From Tepidisphaera sp. (lineage in GTDB: Bacteria; Planctomycetota; Phycisphaerae; Phycisphaerales; UBA1924): a stretch of 64,000 bases of DNA. This document shows positions 1 to 9,378 of the stretch, in pieces (the stretch's first letter is position 1; each line of letters begins with the position of its first letter). The translations under genes were made by a program, and so were the position numbers. The notes under the pieces are model-generated. The model made no database searches. It was not told the DNA's origin and saw nothing but the letters and a program-made list of their open reading frames with translations. The stretch spans positions 352,001 to 416,000 of the forward strand of contig CP051526.1 in the NCBI GenBank assembly GCA_050916045.1, given 5' to 3'.

Positions 1-139
1 ACTGGACCGCATCTCCGCGGCTTCGGGCGTGGTAAAGGGATGGGTCGCGGCGGGATTGGATGGAAGATGTACGGGATTGCCTTGGTCCGGGGCGAAAGCC
101 GGTGTCGGTCGGGGCCCGGCGCGACGGGCGGAGAAGTGC

Positions 140-1651
140 ATGACGACGCAGATCTTTCTTTGGCTTGTGGCGGCGATCCTGGTCGGGGTCGTGCTTGTGG
201 CTTTGGGCTGGCGAGGGCGGCGGGTCAACAGCCGGCCGTGCTGCAAGCAGTGCGGGTTTGATCTGACGGGCGTGATCGAGACGGGGACGACTTGCCCCGA
301 GTGCGGGTCGGGGATCAAGCTCGAGAAGTTCGTGCGGGTGGGGCAGCGGAAGCGGATCTATCCGCTGGTGGCGCTGGGGTTGCCGCTTGTGGTGCTGCCG
401 CTGATCCCGCTTGCGGTGGTGCTTTTCGCGACCGTGACCCGGTCGGACCTTGCGAAGTACAAGCCGGTGACGCTGCTGCTTTGGGAAGCACGGAACTTGG
501 AGCGGGCGGACGCCGCGAAAGCCGTGGCGGAGCTTCTCTCTCGGCAGCGGGGCGGATCGCTCGGCGATGCCGAGTACAAGCAGATGCTTGAGACGATGGT
601 CGCGGCGCAGCGCGATGCTGCCAGGCCGTGGGTGGGCGAGTGGGGGGATGTTGCTTTCCAAGCCCGGATGGACGGCCGGATGGACAAAGCGGCGGTGGAG
701 GAGTTCAACGCGGGCGCCGCGGTGCTTCGCTGGGCGTGCCGGCCGGTCGTGCGGGCGGGCGCGGATGTTCCGATCGTGGGAACGCTCGTGGACAGACGCC
801 TGATGGCTTCGGTGAGCGTGAAGTCGTGGCACCGCGTGGAGAGCGTGAAGCTTGCAGGGCGCCCTCTTCGCAAACCGAACTCGGAGATTCCGCAGGACCC
901 GCAGTCGGTGCTTGCGATCGGCGATGGAGATCCGGTCGCGGAGATGGGTGAGACGGACGACGGCGTGGTGCATGACGCGGTGGCGATCCCGGCTGATCTT
1001 GCTCCGGGGGAGTACGAGCTTGAGATCACGGTGGCTTCGGCGGCGGGCGTGTACGACCGGAGCACGTTCTTCGAGTCGGGCGTGAAGCCGGAGACGCGCG
1101 AGGTGCGATCGACGCTTCGCTTTCCGGTGCGGGTCGTTCCCGCGGAAGAGCGCGTCGTGACGCTTCTGCCGGACACGACGGAGGCCTCGGCGCAGCTGGC
1201 CAAGCAGCTTGATTTCGCCGCTCGGGCGTCGAATGAATGGCACGACAGCCGGTTTGAGTTCACGTTCAGCCTGGCGGCGAGCGGCAAGCCGCTGGCCCAC
1301 CGGGCGTGGTTCAAGGTCGGGGAGGAGAGGTTCTACCTCGGGCCGGTCACCACGGGGCACGGCCTCAAGCCACCGGAAGAGGATGCGGACTTTGTGATCA
1401 CGCGTCCGGATTCGGCTGGCCGAAGCTCGCTTCTGGTGAAGTACCGGATCGGGATGGTGGAGGATGAGGGCACGCTGATTCTCGAGCCCGCGCCGGATCT
1501 GGCCGAGTTGACGACGGACCTCACGGAGATCTACGGCGGGAGGATCGAGATGCGGAGCGTGCAACTTTCGGAAACGGCCGACGGCGGCGTGGTCGCGTTC
1601 GCGCACCGGTCTGCGGCGGAGGCCAAGCCGCAAGCGGAGAGCGACAAGTAG
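140..1651 (+). CDS. Membrane-anchored hypothetical protein with N-terminal CxxC...CPECG zinc ribbon between two TM helices
   Basis: ORF 29..1651; ATG at 140 preceded by GGAGAAG; TM helix, CKQCGFDLTG...TCPECG, second TM helix, large soluble C-terminal region. Confidence 0.75.
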   Translation: MTTQIFLWLVAAILVGVVLVALGWRGRRVNSRPCCKQCGFDLTGVIETGTTCPECGSGIKLEKFVRVGQRKRIYPLVALGLPLVVLPLIPLAVVLFATVTRSDLAKYKPVTLLLWEARNLERADAAKAVAELLSRQRGGSLGDAEYKQMLETMVAAQRDAARPWVGEWGDVAFQARMDGRMDKAAVEEFNAGAAVLRWACRPVVRAGADVPIVGTLVDRRLMASVSVKSWHRVESVKLAGRPLRKPNSEIPQDPQSVLAIGDGDPVAEMGETDDGVVHDAVAIPADLAPGEYELEITVASAAGVYDRSTFFESGVKPETREVRSTLRFPVRVVPAEERVVTLLPDTTEASAQLAKQLDFAARASNEWHDSRFEFTFSLAASGKPLAHRAWFKVGEERFYLGPVTTGHGLKPPEEDADFVITRPDSAGRSSLLVKYRIGMVEDEGTLILEPAPDLAELTTDLTEIYGGRIEMRSVQLSETADGGVVAFAHRSAAEAKPQAESDK

Positions 1652-1666
1652 AAGTCTGGGCCTTTG

Positions 1667-2887
1667 TTAGCTGCCGGTCGCGGTCGACTTGGTGATGGAC
1701 TCGATCCAGCCTCCGCCGAGAACGCGGTCGCCGGAATAGAGCACGATCGCCTGGCCGGGGGCGACTGCTTGCTGGGGCGCGGCGAAGCGGACTTCGAATC
1801 GGCCGACGCGGCCGCTGGGTGAGGGCTGGCTTGAGTCTGAGAGCGGCGCCACGGTGGCGGGCACGGCGGGCGTGTTGTACCGGTACTTGGCGGTGATGTC
1901 GGGGAAGTCGGCGATGGTGGCGGGATCGACGAGCCAGTTGGCTTCGGCGGCGGTGCAGGAGACGACTTCGAGGTCAGCTTTGGATCCGACGATGACGACG
2001 TTGGTCCGCGAGTCCTTGCCGACGACGTAGACGGGGTAGCCGAGAGCGACGTTGACGCCGCGGCGCTGGCCGAGGGTGAAGCGGTGCTGGCCCTGATGCT
2101 CGCCGACCTTCTTGCCCGCGGTGTCGACGATCGCGCCGGGCTTGGCGGTGTCGGAGCGGAGGCGTTCGACGAGGGAGGCGTAGTCCTGGTCGGGGACGAA
2201 GCAGATCTCCTGGCTGTCGGGCTTGTCAAAGACGGGAAGGCCAAACTTGGCGGCCAAGGCGCGGACCTCGGTCTTAGGGAGATCGCCGATGGGGAACATC
2301 ATGTGGGAGAGACGTTCGCGCGGTGCGCCGAAGAGGACGTAGGACTGGTCCTTGGAGTGATCGAGGCCGCGGTGGAGAGCGTGTCGGCGGTCCGGGCCTG
2401 GGTGGATTCGGGCGTAGTGGCCGCTTGCGACAAAGTCGGCACCGATCTGGAGGGCGTACTCGTGGAGCTTTCCGAACTTGAGCCAGTCGTTGCAGCGGAC
2501 GCAGGGGTTGGGGGTGCGGCCTTCGGCGTACTCGTCGGCGAAGTAGGTGATGATGCGGCCGAAGTCTTTCTTGAAGTTGCAGACGTAGAAGGGGATGTCG
2601 AGTTCGGCGGCGACGAGGCGAGCGTCGGCGGCGTCGTTGATGGAGCAGCAGCCCTGGTGGCCGATCTTGACGGGTTTGGGGGCCCGGTCAGTGCGGTCGA
2701 TCTCGCATGCGGCCTGGTCGAGCGGCTTGAGCTCATCGAGGGTCTCGCCGGGGGAGCCCAGGCGCATGAAGCATCCGACGACGTCGTATCCCTGCTGCTT
2801 GAGGAGGGCGGCGGCGACGGAGGAATCCACGCCGCCGGACATGGCGACGAGGACCTTCGGCTTGGACGAGTCAGACCCCGGGGGCAT
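1667..2887 (-). CDS. mnmA: tRNA 2-thiouridine(34) synthase MnmA
   Basis: AMSGGVDSS PP-loop, TPNPCVRCN, SGHYA, KDQSYVL, DSQEICF, FTLGQRRG, PGQAIVLY. Confidence 0.97.
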   Translation of the reverse strand: MPPGSDSSKPKVLVAMSGGVDSSVAAALLKQQGYDVVGCFMRLGSPGETLDELKPLDQAACEIDRTDRAPKPVKIGHQGCCSINDAADARLVAAELDIPFYVCNFKKDFGRIITYFADEYAEGRTPNPCVRCNDWLKFGKLHEYALQIGADFVASGHYARIHPGPDRRHALHRGLDHSKDQSYVLFGAPRERLSHMMFPIGDLPKTEVRALAAKFGLPVFDKPDSQEICFVPDQDYASLVERLRSDTAKPGAIVDTAGKKVGEHQGQHRFTLGQRRGVNVALGYPVYVVGKDSRTNVVIVGSKADLEVVSCTAAEANWLVDPATIADFPDITAKYRYNTPAVPATVAPLSDSSQPSPSGRVGRFEVRFAAPQQAVAPGQAIVLYSGDRVLGGGWIESITKSTATGS

Positions 2888-2902
2888 CCCGAATCGTAGG
2901 GG

Positions 2903-3418
2903 TCAGCGGTTCGGACGCAGGTCCAGCGAGATCGAGACGTCATCCGGCCCGAGCACCGTGACTTCGCCGTTTACGGCGTCGATGCCGGAGACGATCCACC
3001 CTTCGCCGAGGTCATCGCCGACGCGACGGACTTTGCCGTCGATGATCGCGAAGGACTGGCGCGTTCCGCCGGCGATGGAGGAGAGCGAGAACTCGGGCAG
3101 AGGCTTGCGGGCCGTCTCGGGGGTCGTCATCACGATCTTGGTGAGAGCGCGGGGGACACGGCTGACGAAGGGGCTGTCACCCACGGGAGTTTCACGGAGA
3201 TTGTCGATCTCTTCGAGCACCTTGGTGGTGTCAAGTCGAACCAGCGGTGACGGGGTGTCCTCGCGGCTTTCGCGGGTTTGCTTGGCGGGTTTGGGGGTGG
3301 CGGCGGAGGCACCGCGGGGTCCGGCGGCGGGGAGGACGGAGCGGGCGACCACGACCGCGCCGGTGGGGATGGCGATGCAGGCGAGCGTCAGCCATTTGGA
3401 GAAAGCGGGCGTGCTCAT
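2903..3418 (-). CDS. MshK/PilP/GspC-like pilus assembly protein
   Basis: ATG at 3418 overlaps upstream stop (ATGA); N-terminal TM; C-terminal LSSI...AIIDGKVRRVGD...GWIVSGI motif; last gene of the pilus cluster. Confidence 0.65.
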   Translation of the reverse strand: MSTPAFSKWLTLACIAIPTGAVVVARSVLPAAGPRGASAATPKPAKQTRESREDTPSPLVRLDTTKVLEEIDNLRETPVGDSPFVSRVPRALTKIVMTTPETARKPLPEFSLSSIAGGTRQSFAIIDGKVRRVGDDLGEGWIVSGIDAVNGEVTVLGPDDVSISLDLRPNR

Positions 3419-4044
3419 GGGGTCTCCATGGGTTCGGACTCGGGCTCGGGTTGGGACTCCGCGTCGGAGCGTTTGGGTTTGTCGGTGGCGGAAGCGGTGA
3501 AGTGGGCGGTTGAGATCTGGGCGACGACCTGGGTGCCGTCCTCGGTCTGGCCCGCGAGGGGCTGGACGCGGACGGTGCTGATCTTGGAGAGTCCAAAGTC
3601 GCGTTCGACGCGGGTCAGGAAGGAGACGACCGCTTCGAACTCGCCGGAGACTTCGATGTCGAGCTGCGTGGGTTCGGCCTGGAAGCCGGCTTTCTTGGTG
3701 AGGTCGATAGGTCTTCGGGAAGTGGAGGAAGGCTCGAGGCGTTCGACGCGGACTTTGGCGGCTTTGCCTGCTTCCTGGAGGGCGTCGTAGATGAGGTCGG
3801 GGCCGGGAGTATCGGCGATGATGGCCCGGGCGCGTGCGATGCGAGCTTCGAGATTGCCAATGAGCTGTTGATGGTTGTCGGCGAGGGTGGGCGCGCCGGC
3901 GAGGGCGACCTGCTGAAGCGAGGCTTTGGCTTTCAGGCCGGCGAGCTCGTCGGACACGGAGCGAACGGCGAGGAACCAAGCGGCGACGGAGACGGCACCG
4001 AGGCCGGCGGCGACGCAGAGGGTCTGTTTGAGGATGGTGCTCAC
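3415..4044 (-). CDS. PilO/MshJ/GspM-like inner-membrane assembly protein
   Basis: TM plus coiled coil plus IEVSGEFEAVVSFLTRVE PilO-type motif; operon context. Confidence 0.75.
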   Translation of the reverse strand: MSTILKQTLCVAAGLGAVSVAAWFLAVRSVSDELAGLKAKASLQQVALAGAPTLADNHQQLIGNLEARIARARAIIADTPGPDLIYDALQEAGKAAKVRVERLEPSSTSRRPIDLTKKAGFQAEPTQLDIEVSGEFEAVVSFLTRVERDFGLSKISTVRVQPLAGQTEDGTQVVAQISTAHFTASATDKPKRSDAESQPEPESEPMETP

Positions 4045-5627
4045 GGTTGAACTCCGTTGTGGGCTTCGCTGACGCGGACGATGTCGCCGGGGTTCAGCGG
4101 CGCGAGGAAGACGGTGACGGAGAAGTGAACCGCGCGGCTGCCGTGGGACTCGACGAGCCGGCTGGAGCCGATTCGGACCTGGGAGGCGAGGGGGGATGCG
4201 TTGAGCTTTTCAAGGAGCGCGGAGACGGGGTTGGGCTGGCCCTCGGGCGCGGGCAGGATGCCCTTGATGATCAGGGTGGGCCCGTCGCTGGCGGAGAGGC
4301 CGGTGAGTTCGTGGACTTCGAGGCCGGGGATGCCGAGCCTGGAGGCGAGGGCGATGCCGGCGGCCCAGGACGGAGCGCTGCCGACGGTCGCTTCGGCGAG
4401 GGTGTCGAGTTTGCCGAGGGTTTCGCTGAGCGAATCGAGCTTGTCGCGTGCGGCGACCTTGGTGCGGACGACTTCCAGCTTTCGTTCGTTCTCGGCGACG
4501 ATGGTTCGAAGCCGTTCCACTTCGGATTTGGACCAGGAAAGATCGGCGGCGATGGCGGCGCCTGCAAAGATGGCGCCCGCGGCGGCAGCGGCCATCAGTC
4601 GGTGCCGGGCGCGTCGGGCGTCGGTCGCGGCGGGAGTCATCCCAAGGGGCATTACGGCCTGGATGCGTTCCCTGGCATGGTCCGCTTCGGTGGTCTGGAC
4701 GCTGACGGAGGTTTCGATGAGCGATGAGAGCGCGTTGGCCAGGCCCGGGATGGTCGCACCTGGTCCGGCGAGGATGAGCTCGGCGCGAGAGGACTCACCC
4801 TCGGGGAGGCCGAATCGCATGGTCTGCTTGATCTCAACGGCGAAGCGCTGCAGGGCGGGCTGGAGAAGCGGGAGCACCCGGCCGCTGTCAAGCTTGACGG
4901 CTTCGCCCACGGTCTGGCCGCGTCTGGGCATGCCATAGCGGAGGAGCATCTCCGAGGCGGCTTCAAAGTCGAGGCTACCGGTCTCGCGGGCCGCGCGGCG
5001 AAACGCGTCGACGATCAGGTCGTACCCGCCGCCCAGCAGACGCGCGAACGAGCACAGCCCGCCGGTTCCGCCGGCGAGAGATGAGCAGTGGCGGTCGAGC
5101 CAGAGGACGACGTTGGTCCGGGCATCTGCGGCGCCGAGGATCGACGCGATGGCCGAGCGCATGGCGACGGCTTTGGCGGGCAAGAGGGAATCGGGAACGG
5201 CACCGGCGGCTTTCACCAGGCCGGCGATGGCTTCGACCATGCGTGTACGCTCGCCGGCGAGCAGGAGCGTGGTGCTGGCGCTGGACTTTCCGGAGGGGAC
5301 GCGAGCGGCGGTGACCTGCGAGGGGATCGTCGAGCCGCCGAGGGACTCGCGCACGCGGAGGCCAGCGGCGGCGTTGGCTTCATTGGACGCGAGCGGGAGG
5401 GTGAGCATCTCAACCGCGGATTCGCGGCTTTCGTAGACGACCTGAACGCGCTTGCCCTTGAGGCCCGCTTGCGCGACGGCTTGGGCGACGGGAGCCATGA
5501 GAGGCGCGAAGCTGGCCTTCTGGATGTCTTCCCAGGCGGCGGGGTCGACGGGGATGAAGGTCTGAGAGCCGCGGTGGATCGCGACGATGCCCGAGGGGGA
5601 GATTTCAAGTCTTGAATGAGAACCCAA
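4041..5627 (-). CDS. PilM-PilN fusion (MshI/GspL-like)
   Basis: Actin-like features (EIKQTMRF, ILAGPGATIPGL), TM, coiled coil, PilN-like C-terminus; TTG at 5627 follows AGGAG SD (ORF open from 5666). Confidence 0.7.
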   Translation of the reverse strand: MGSHSRLEISPSGIVAIHRGSQTFIPVDPAAWEDIQKASFAPLMAPVAQAVAQAGLKGKRVQVVYESRESAVEMLTLPLASNEANAAAGLRVRESLGGSTIPSQVTAARVPSGKSSASTTLLLAGERTRMVEAIAGLVKAAGAVPDSLLPAKAVAMRSAIASILGAADARTNVVLWLDRHCSSLAGGTGGLCSFARLLGGGYDLIVDAFRRAARETGSLDFEAASEMLLRYGMPRRGQTVGEAVKLDSGRVLPLLQPALQRFAVEIKQTMRFGLPEGESSRAELILAGPGATIPGLANALSSLIETSVSVQTTEADHARERIQAVMPLGMTPAATDARRARHRLMAAAAAGAIFAGAAIAADLSWSKSEVERLRTIVAENERKLEVVRTKVAARDKLDSLSETLGKLDTLAEATVGSAPSWAAGIALASRLGIPGLEVHELTGLSASDGPTLIIKGILPAPEGQPNPVSALLEKLNASPLASQVRIGSSRLVESHGSRAVHFSVTVFLAPLNPGDIVRVSEAHNGVQP

Positions 5628-5672
5628 AGTGGTCTCCTGTCGCGAATCGCCGGATCCGTCGGTCAATCCCGG

Positions 5673-5700
5673 TCATCGGTCCAAAGGCGGTCGCACTTGG
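5673..5700 (-). promoter_or_regulatory. sigma28-like promoter motif CCAA-N16-ACCGATGA
   Basis: Same bipartite motif and spacing at 11551-11578, 51605-51632 and 52391-52418. Confidence 0.5.
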
Positions 5701-5769
5701 GCTGCGTTGCGGTCCGGGAACGAGTTATTCAGGACGGGAGTGCCAGGGGAGAGCAAGACGAGTCTGCGG

Positions 5770-6159
5770 TCAGTCATCGTCGTCATCGCCGCCGCCAGAA
5801 GGGGGAGTCGCGACGTGGGTGCCGTCGAAGGTCTCGACCAGACGGGCCAGGTCAGCGTCTGCCTGGATCGTGACGGCTCCGCTGGCGAGCGGCGCGGGGG
5901 CGGCGAGGACCTCGACCTGGGCGGAGCCGATGGCCCAGGTGGATCCGGTCTGCGGCCGGGCGAGCCCCTGGGCGAACCGTTTCTGGTAGATGGTGACGAC
6001 GCCCTCGGCGGCGAAGCGAGCGCGGGTCATGAGCACCCGTTTGAGGCCGCTCTCGGACTCGTCGGCGGAGGTGTTGATGCTGCTAGTCATCATGATCATC
6101 ACCGCCATCATCATCACCATCATCATCGCCATCGCCGCCCCCCGGCGTTGTGGTTTCAT
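5770..6159 (-). CDS. PilX/MshP-like minor pilin
   Basis: MKPQRRG/AAMAMMMVMMM prepilin-like cleavage site lacking E5, followed by RARFAAEG motif typical of PilX/MshP. Confidence 0.7.
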   Translation of the reverse strand: MKPQRRGAAMAMMMVMMMAVMIMMTSSINTSADESESGLKRVLMTRARFAAEGVVTIYQKRFAQGLARPQTGSTWAIGSAQVEVLAAPAPLASGAVTIQADADLARLVETFDGTHVATPPSGGGDDDDD

Positions 6160-6679
6160 GGTGCCAGTCTCCGTGCCGCAGGAAAGCGGCTTGGCTGAGT
6201 TCAAAGTCCGAGGATTTGATCCGAATCACGCAGATCCACGTGCTTTCCGGGGATGCGAGCGTGCTGGTGAAGCCGTCCTGCGCGAAATAGCCGATCGAGA
6301 ACGACTCCACATCCCTGAGAAGCGGAGCGGTCACGCCCGCCAGGCTCGTGATGCTGAGCACGCCACCCGCGAACGAGATGGCGTGGTTGTCGCTCAAGCG
6401 GATCGATGTTGACGACGCCGAAAGGATGTCGAGGTCGGCGGTGCCGGGCTTCATCGGCGCGTCCCGGAGAAGATTGACGCAGCGGTCCATCGCGAACGCG
6501 ACGTTCTCGCTGACATCGCGGGCGCGGGCGGCGTTCACGTAGCTCGTGGTCGCGCTGTTGATCACCGGAAGCACGACCGCGGAGACCACGCCGATGACGG
6601 TGATGGCGCAGATGCACTCGACGAGGGTGAACCCTCGAGACGTTCCGGACGAGCGGGGATGGCGACTGGTCTTGTGCAT
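6083..6679 (-). CDS. Minor pilin (MshO/PilW-like)
   Basis: RG/FTLVECICAITVIGVV class III signal peptide; ATG at 6679. Confidence 0.8.
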   Translation of the reverse strand: MHKTSRHPRSSGTSRGFTLVECICAITVIGVVSAVVLPVINSATTSYVNAARARDVSENVAFAMDRCVNLLRDAPMKPGTADLDILSASSTSIRLSDNHAISFAGGVLSITSLAGVTAPLLRDVESFSIGYFAQDGFTSTLASPESTWICVIRIKSSDFELSQAAFLRHGDWHHETTTPGGGDGDDDGDDDGGDDHDD

Positions 6680-6698
6680 CCGGTTCTGCGGCGAGTGG

Positions 6699-7169
6699 TC
6701 AGGGGGCGGCGATGACGGTGGTGAAAGGGACAGAGCGAGTGACGCCCCACGCGTCGACGTAGGTGATGGTGACGGTGACGGTGCGGAAGACATCCAGGCT
6801 CGCGGTGCCTGAAGCGGTCAGCGAGGAGCTGACCTTGCCGCTTATCTGGACGTCGTAGGAGATGCCGCCGACGACGAGCACGGAGGAGACGGGGGAAAGC
6901 CGGCTTCGCAAGCCCGTGGTCGCGTCGTCGAGGTACGCGGGGACGTCCGATCCGATGTCGGCGGTGAGGGAGTCGCTCTGGATCTGGTTGAGCACGGAGG
7001 AAGCGAGGGTGGTGACGCGGATGAGCTGGATGGCGTCCGCGCGACGATTGACGGATTCGACCATCCCCATCACGGTGGGGGGAACGGAGATGGCGAGCAC
7101 GAGCACCACGGCGACCGCTTCGATCAGCGTCACGCCGCGTCGGAGACGGGATGGGCGTGCGAAGTTCAT
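6699..7169 (-). CDS. Minor pilin (MshD/PilV-like)
   Basis: RRG/VTLIEAVAVVLVLAI class III signal; C-terminal RTVTVTITY. Confidence 0.8.
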   Translation of the reverse strand: MNFARPSRLRRGVTLIEAVAVVLVLAISVPPTVMGMVESVNRRADAIQLIRVTTLASSVLNQIQSDSLTADIGSDVPAYLDDATTGLRSRLSPVSSVLVVGGISYDVQISGKVSSSLTASGTASLDVFRTVTVTITYVDAWGVTRSVPFTTVIAAP

Positions 7170-7690
7170 TCGATAGCTCCAGAGACGCGGCGGACGGTGA
7201 CGACGGTGCCGCCGGAGAGGGTGATGGTGCCGTCGGAGGTCCAGGCGGGCTGGGCCGCGCCGGCTTGGGTTCGAGAGTGCGGGGTGCCGTCGGTCGCGAA
7301 CCAGAACGTGACGGCTCCCTCGTCTCCGAGGCCGGTGCGTGCTTGCGTGAGGGTCACGCGGCCGAACTGCGAGGCGATGTCGAGCGTGGGCCGAGCTTCG
7401 CCGAGCGGGCTTTTGAGGACGGAGGGAGCGGCGCCGACCTCGTCGATCTGGACGAGGGTGATCAAGGAATTCTGCGAGCATGCCAGGCCGGTGGGCCTTC
7501 CCGAAGCCATCGCGGTGAGGCGGACGGTCTGGAGCAGGCTTCGGATCTCCTGAGCGGCGGCCGCTTCGCGGGAGGCGGAGAGGGTTCGGAAGGCGGGAGC
7601 CGTCGAGACGGCGAGGATTCCGACCAGGACGATGGCGAGAACCATCTCGATGAGCGTGAAGGCGCGGGAATGAAGGATGGCCGGTCGCAT
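7166..7690 (-). CDS. Minor pilin (MshC/GspH/FimT-like)
   Basis: RA/FTLIEMVLAIVLVGIL; FWFATDGTP...ITL...VTVRRVSG GspH-like end; start overlaps upstream stop. Confidence 0.82.
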   Translation of the reverse strand: MRPAILHSRAFTLIEMVLAIVLVGILAVSTAPAFRTLSASREAAAAQEIRSLLQTVRLTAMASGRPTGLACSQNSLITLVQIDEVGAAPSVLKSPLGEARPTLDIASQFGRVTLTQARTGLGDEGAVTFWFATDGTPHSRTQAGAAQPAWTSDGTITLSGGTVVTVRRVSGAIE

Positions 7691-8160
7691 CAGAGCTCGC
7701 TCGCCTTCCTGGCGTCTCCGTTGGAATCCGTGACGGTGGTGAGGGTTTCGCAGTTCGAGTAGAAGACCGCGACGGGCGGTGTCGCGGCGTTGTCGACGTA
7801 GTAGTTCCATCCGTACTGGGCGGGGTTGGTCACCTGGCGGAGGGCGGCGGCATTGGCGGTGACGAGCTGAACGCCCGGAACGCCGGAGAAGGGGTTGGCG
7901 GGAACCTCGTTCTCGGTCACGGTGCCGAGGGTGGTGAGCTCCGCGTGCGTCGGGTAAGGAGACCCACCGGCGAGGACGCGTGCGGTGCGGAATGCGGCGA
8001 TGGAGGCGCGGACGCTGGCGAGGGTCGCCTGCGAAGCGGAGGTCCGGGCTTCGTCGGTGACGTTGCCGAACCGGGGCACGACGATGGCGGCGAGGATGCC
8101 GATGACGATGATGACGACGGCGACCTCGATGAAGGTGAATGCTCGGCGAAGGTCGTTCAT
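7690..8160 (-). CDS. Major pilin/pseudopilin (MshA/GspG-like)
   Basis: RRA/FTFIEVAVVIIVIGILAAIVVPRF; GGAG SD upstream. Confidence 0.85.
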   Translation of the reverse strand: MNDLRRAFTFIEVAVVIIVIGILAAIVVPRFGNVTDEARTSASQATLASVRASIAAFRTARVLAGGSPYPTHAELTTLGTVTENEVPANPFSGVPGVQLVTANAAALRQVTNPAQYGWNYYVDNAATPPVAVFYSNCETLTTVTDSNGDARKASEL

Positions 8161-8175
8161 GGGGTCTCCGGGAGG

Positions 8176-9378
8176 TTACCTGACCTTGATCATGGCCCAC
8201 ATGGGGAGGAAGACGGCGAGGGCGACGACGAGGACGATGGCGGCGAGAATGACGGTGAGCAGCGGTTCGATGACCGTGTTGATGTTCTTCATCAGGTGGA
8301 CGGCGTTGCGCTCGTAGTGTCGTCCGACGATCTCGCAGGACTTGCCGAGTTCGCGAGAGTCCTTGCCGGCGGCGATCATGCGGCGAGCGAAGCTTGGAAT
8401 GTAAGGGCTGCCGCTCAGTACCTCGCCGAGACTGGCGCCGCCGCGGAGGCGTTCTGCCATCACGCGGGTCTGGGCCTGGAAGGCGCGTGACCCGGCGGCT
8501 CGTCCGCTGACCTCGATGCACTCGATGACGTCCAGGCCGGAGTTGAGGCCGATGGCCATGATGCTCGAGAACCGTGAGACCGAGTCGGCGAGCAGGATCG
8601 CGCCGATGTAGGGAAGACGAAGCAGCAGGGACTCGAGCTTGAGGCGCCCGGGCTCGGAGCGCCAGGCCACTGTGAGACCGACGGTTGTCGACAGGATCCC
8701 GGCAAGATAGATGTACCAGTAGCCTGTGACCGAGGCGGCCACGGCCTGGACGATTTTGGTGATGACGGGAAGCTGGATGCCCTGGGCGGCGAATGTCGAG
8801 GCGAACCGAGGGACGACGAATGCGAAGATGATCGCGACGGCGATCGAGATGACCGCGACGACGATGATTGGGTATGTCAGCGCGCGTTTGAGCATCTGGC
8901 GCGTCTCGGCCTGCCTCTCAAGCAGGTCGGCGAGGTGGGCGACGACGCCGGCAAGATTGCCAGAGCATTCGGCGGCGCGGATGGTCTCGAGATAGACCTC
9001 GCCGAATTCCGCGCGGTGCTGGCCCATGGCTTCGGTCAGGGGCATGCCGGCCTCGACGGCGACGGCGATCTGGCGGGCGATGGAGGCCATCGCGGGCTTC
9101 TCGTTGTGCTCGGCCATGCTGGCCAGGCCGCGGGCGAGCGGGATCTTGGCCTCCAGGAGGACACCAAGCTCGCGCGTGAAGCCGGCGATGTCGCTCGAGC
9201 CGACCCGGCCAACCGAGAAGAGCGCGGCTTGCAGTCGCTTCTCGCGGATGCGGAAGGGGGTGAGGCCGCGTGCGACGACCTTGCGGTAGGCGTCCTGTTC
9301 GCTGGCGGCTTCGACGATTCCCGTCGAGGAGACGCCTTCTCCGCTGACTGCGGCGTACTCGTAGCGGATGTCGCTCAT
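8176..9378 (-). CDS. Type II secretion/type IV pilus platform protein (PilC/MshG/GspF)
   Basis: YEYAAV...GIVEAAS, FTRELGVLLEAKIPL, ALTYP, IEPLL...AVFLPMW; ATG at 9378 overlaps ATPase stop. Confidence 0.93.
   Translation of the reverse strand: MSDIRYEYAAVSGEGVSSTGIVEAASEQDAYRKVVARGLTPFRIREKRLQAALFSVGRVGSSDIAGFTRELGVLLEAKIPLARGLASMAEHNEKPAMASIARQIAVAVEAGMPLTEAMGQHRAEFGEVYLETIRAAECSGNLAGVVAHLADLLERQAETRQMLKRALTYPIIVVAVISIAVAIIFAFVVPRFASTFAAQGIQLPVITKIVQAVAASVTGYWYIYLAGILSTTVGLTVAWRSEPGRLKLESLLLRLPYIGAILLADSVSRFSSIMAIGLNSGLDVIECIEVSGRAAGSRAFQAQTRVMAERLRGGASLGEVLSGSPYIPSFARRMIAAGKDSRELGKSCEIVGRHYERNAVHLMKNINTVIEPLLTVILAAIVLVVALAVFLPMWAMIKVR

Noticed and set aside
5629..6198. ORF with a poly-His tract (HHDHHRHHHHHHHRH)
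   Set aside because: It is the reverse complement of the ATG-rich pilin helix, not a credible metal-binding protein
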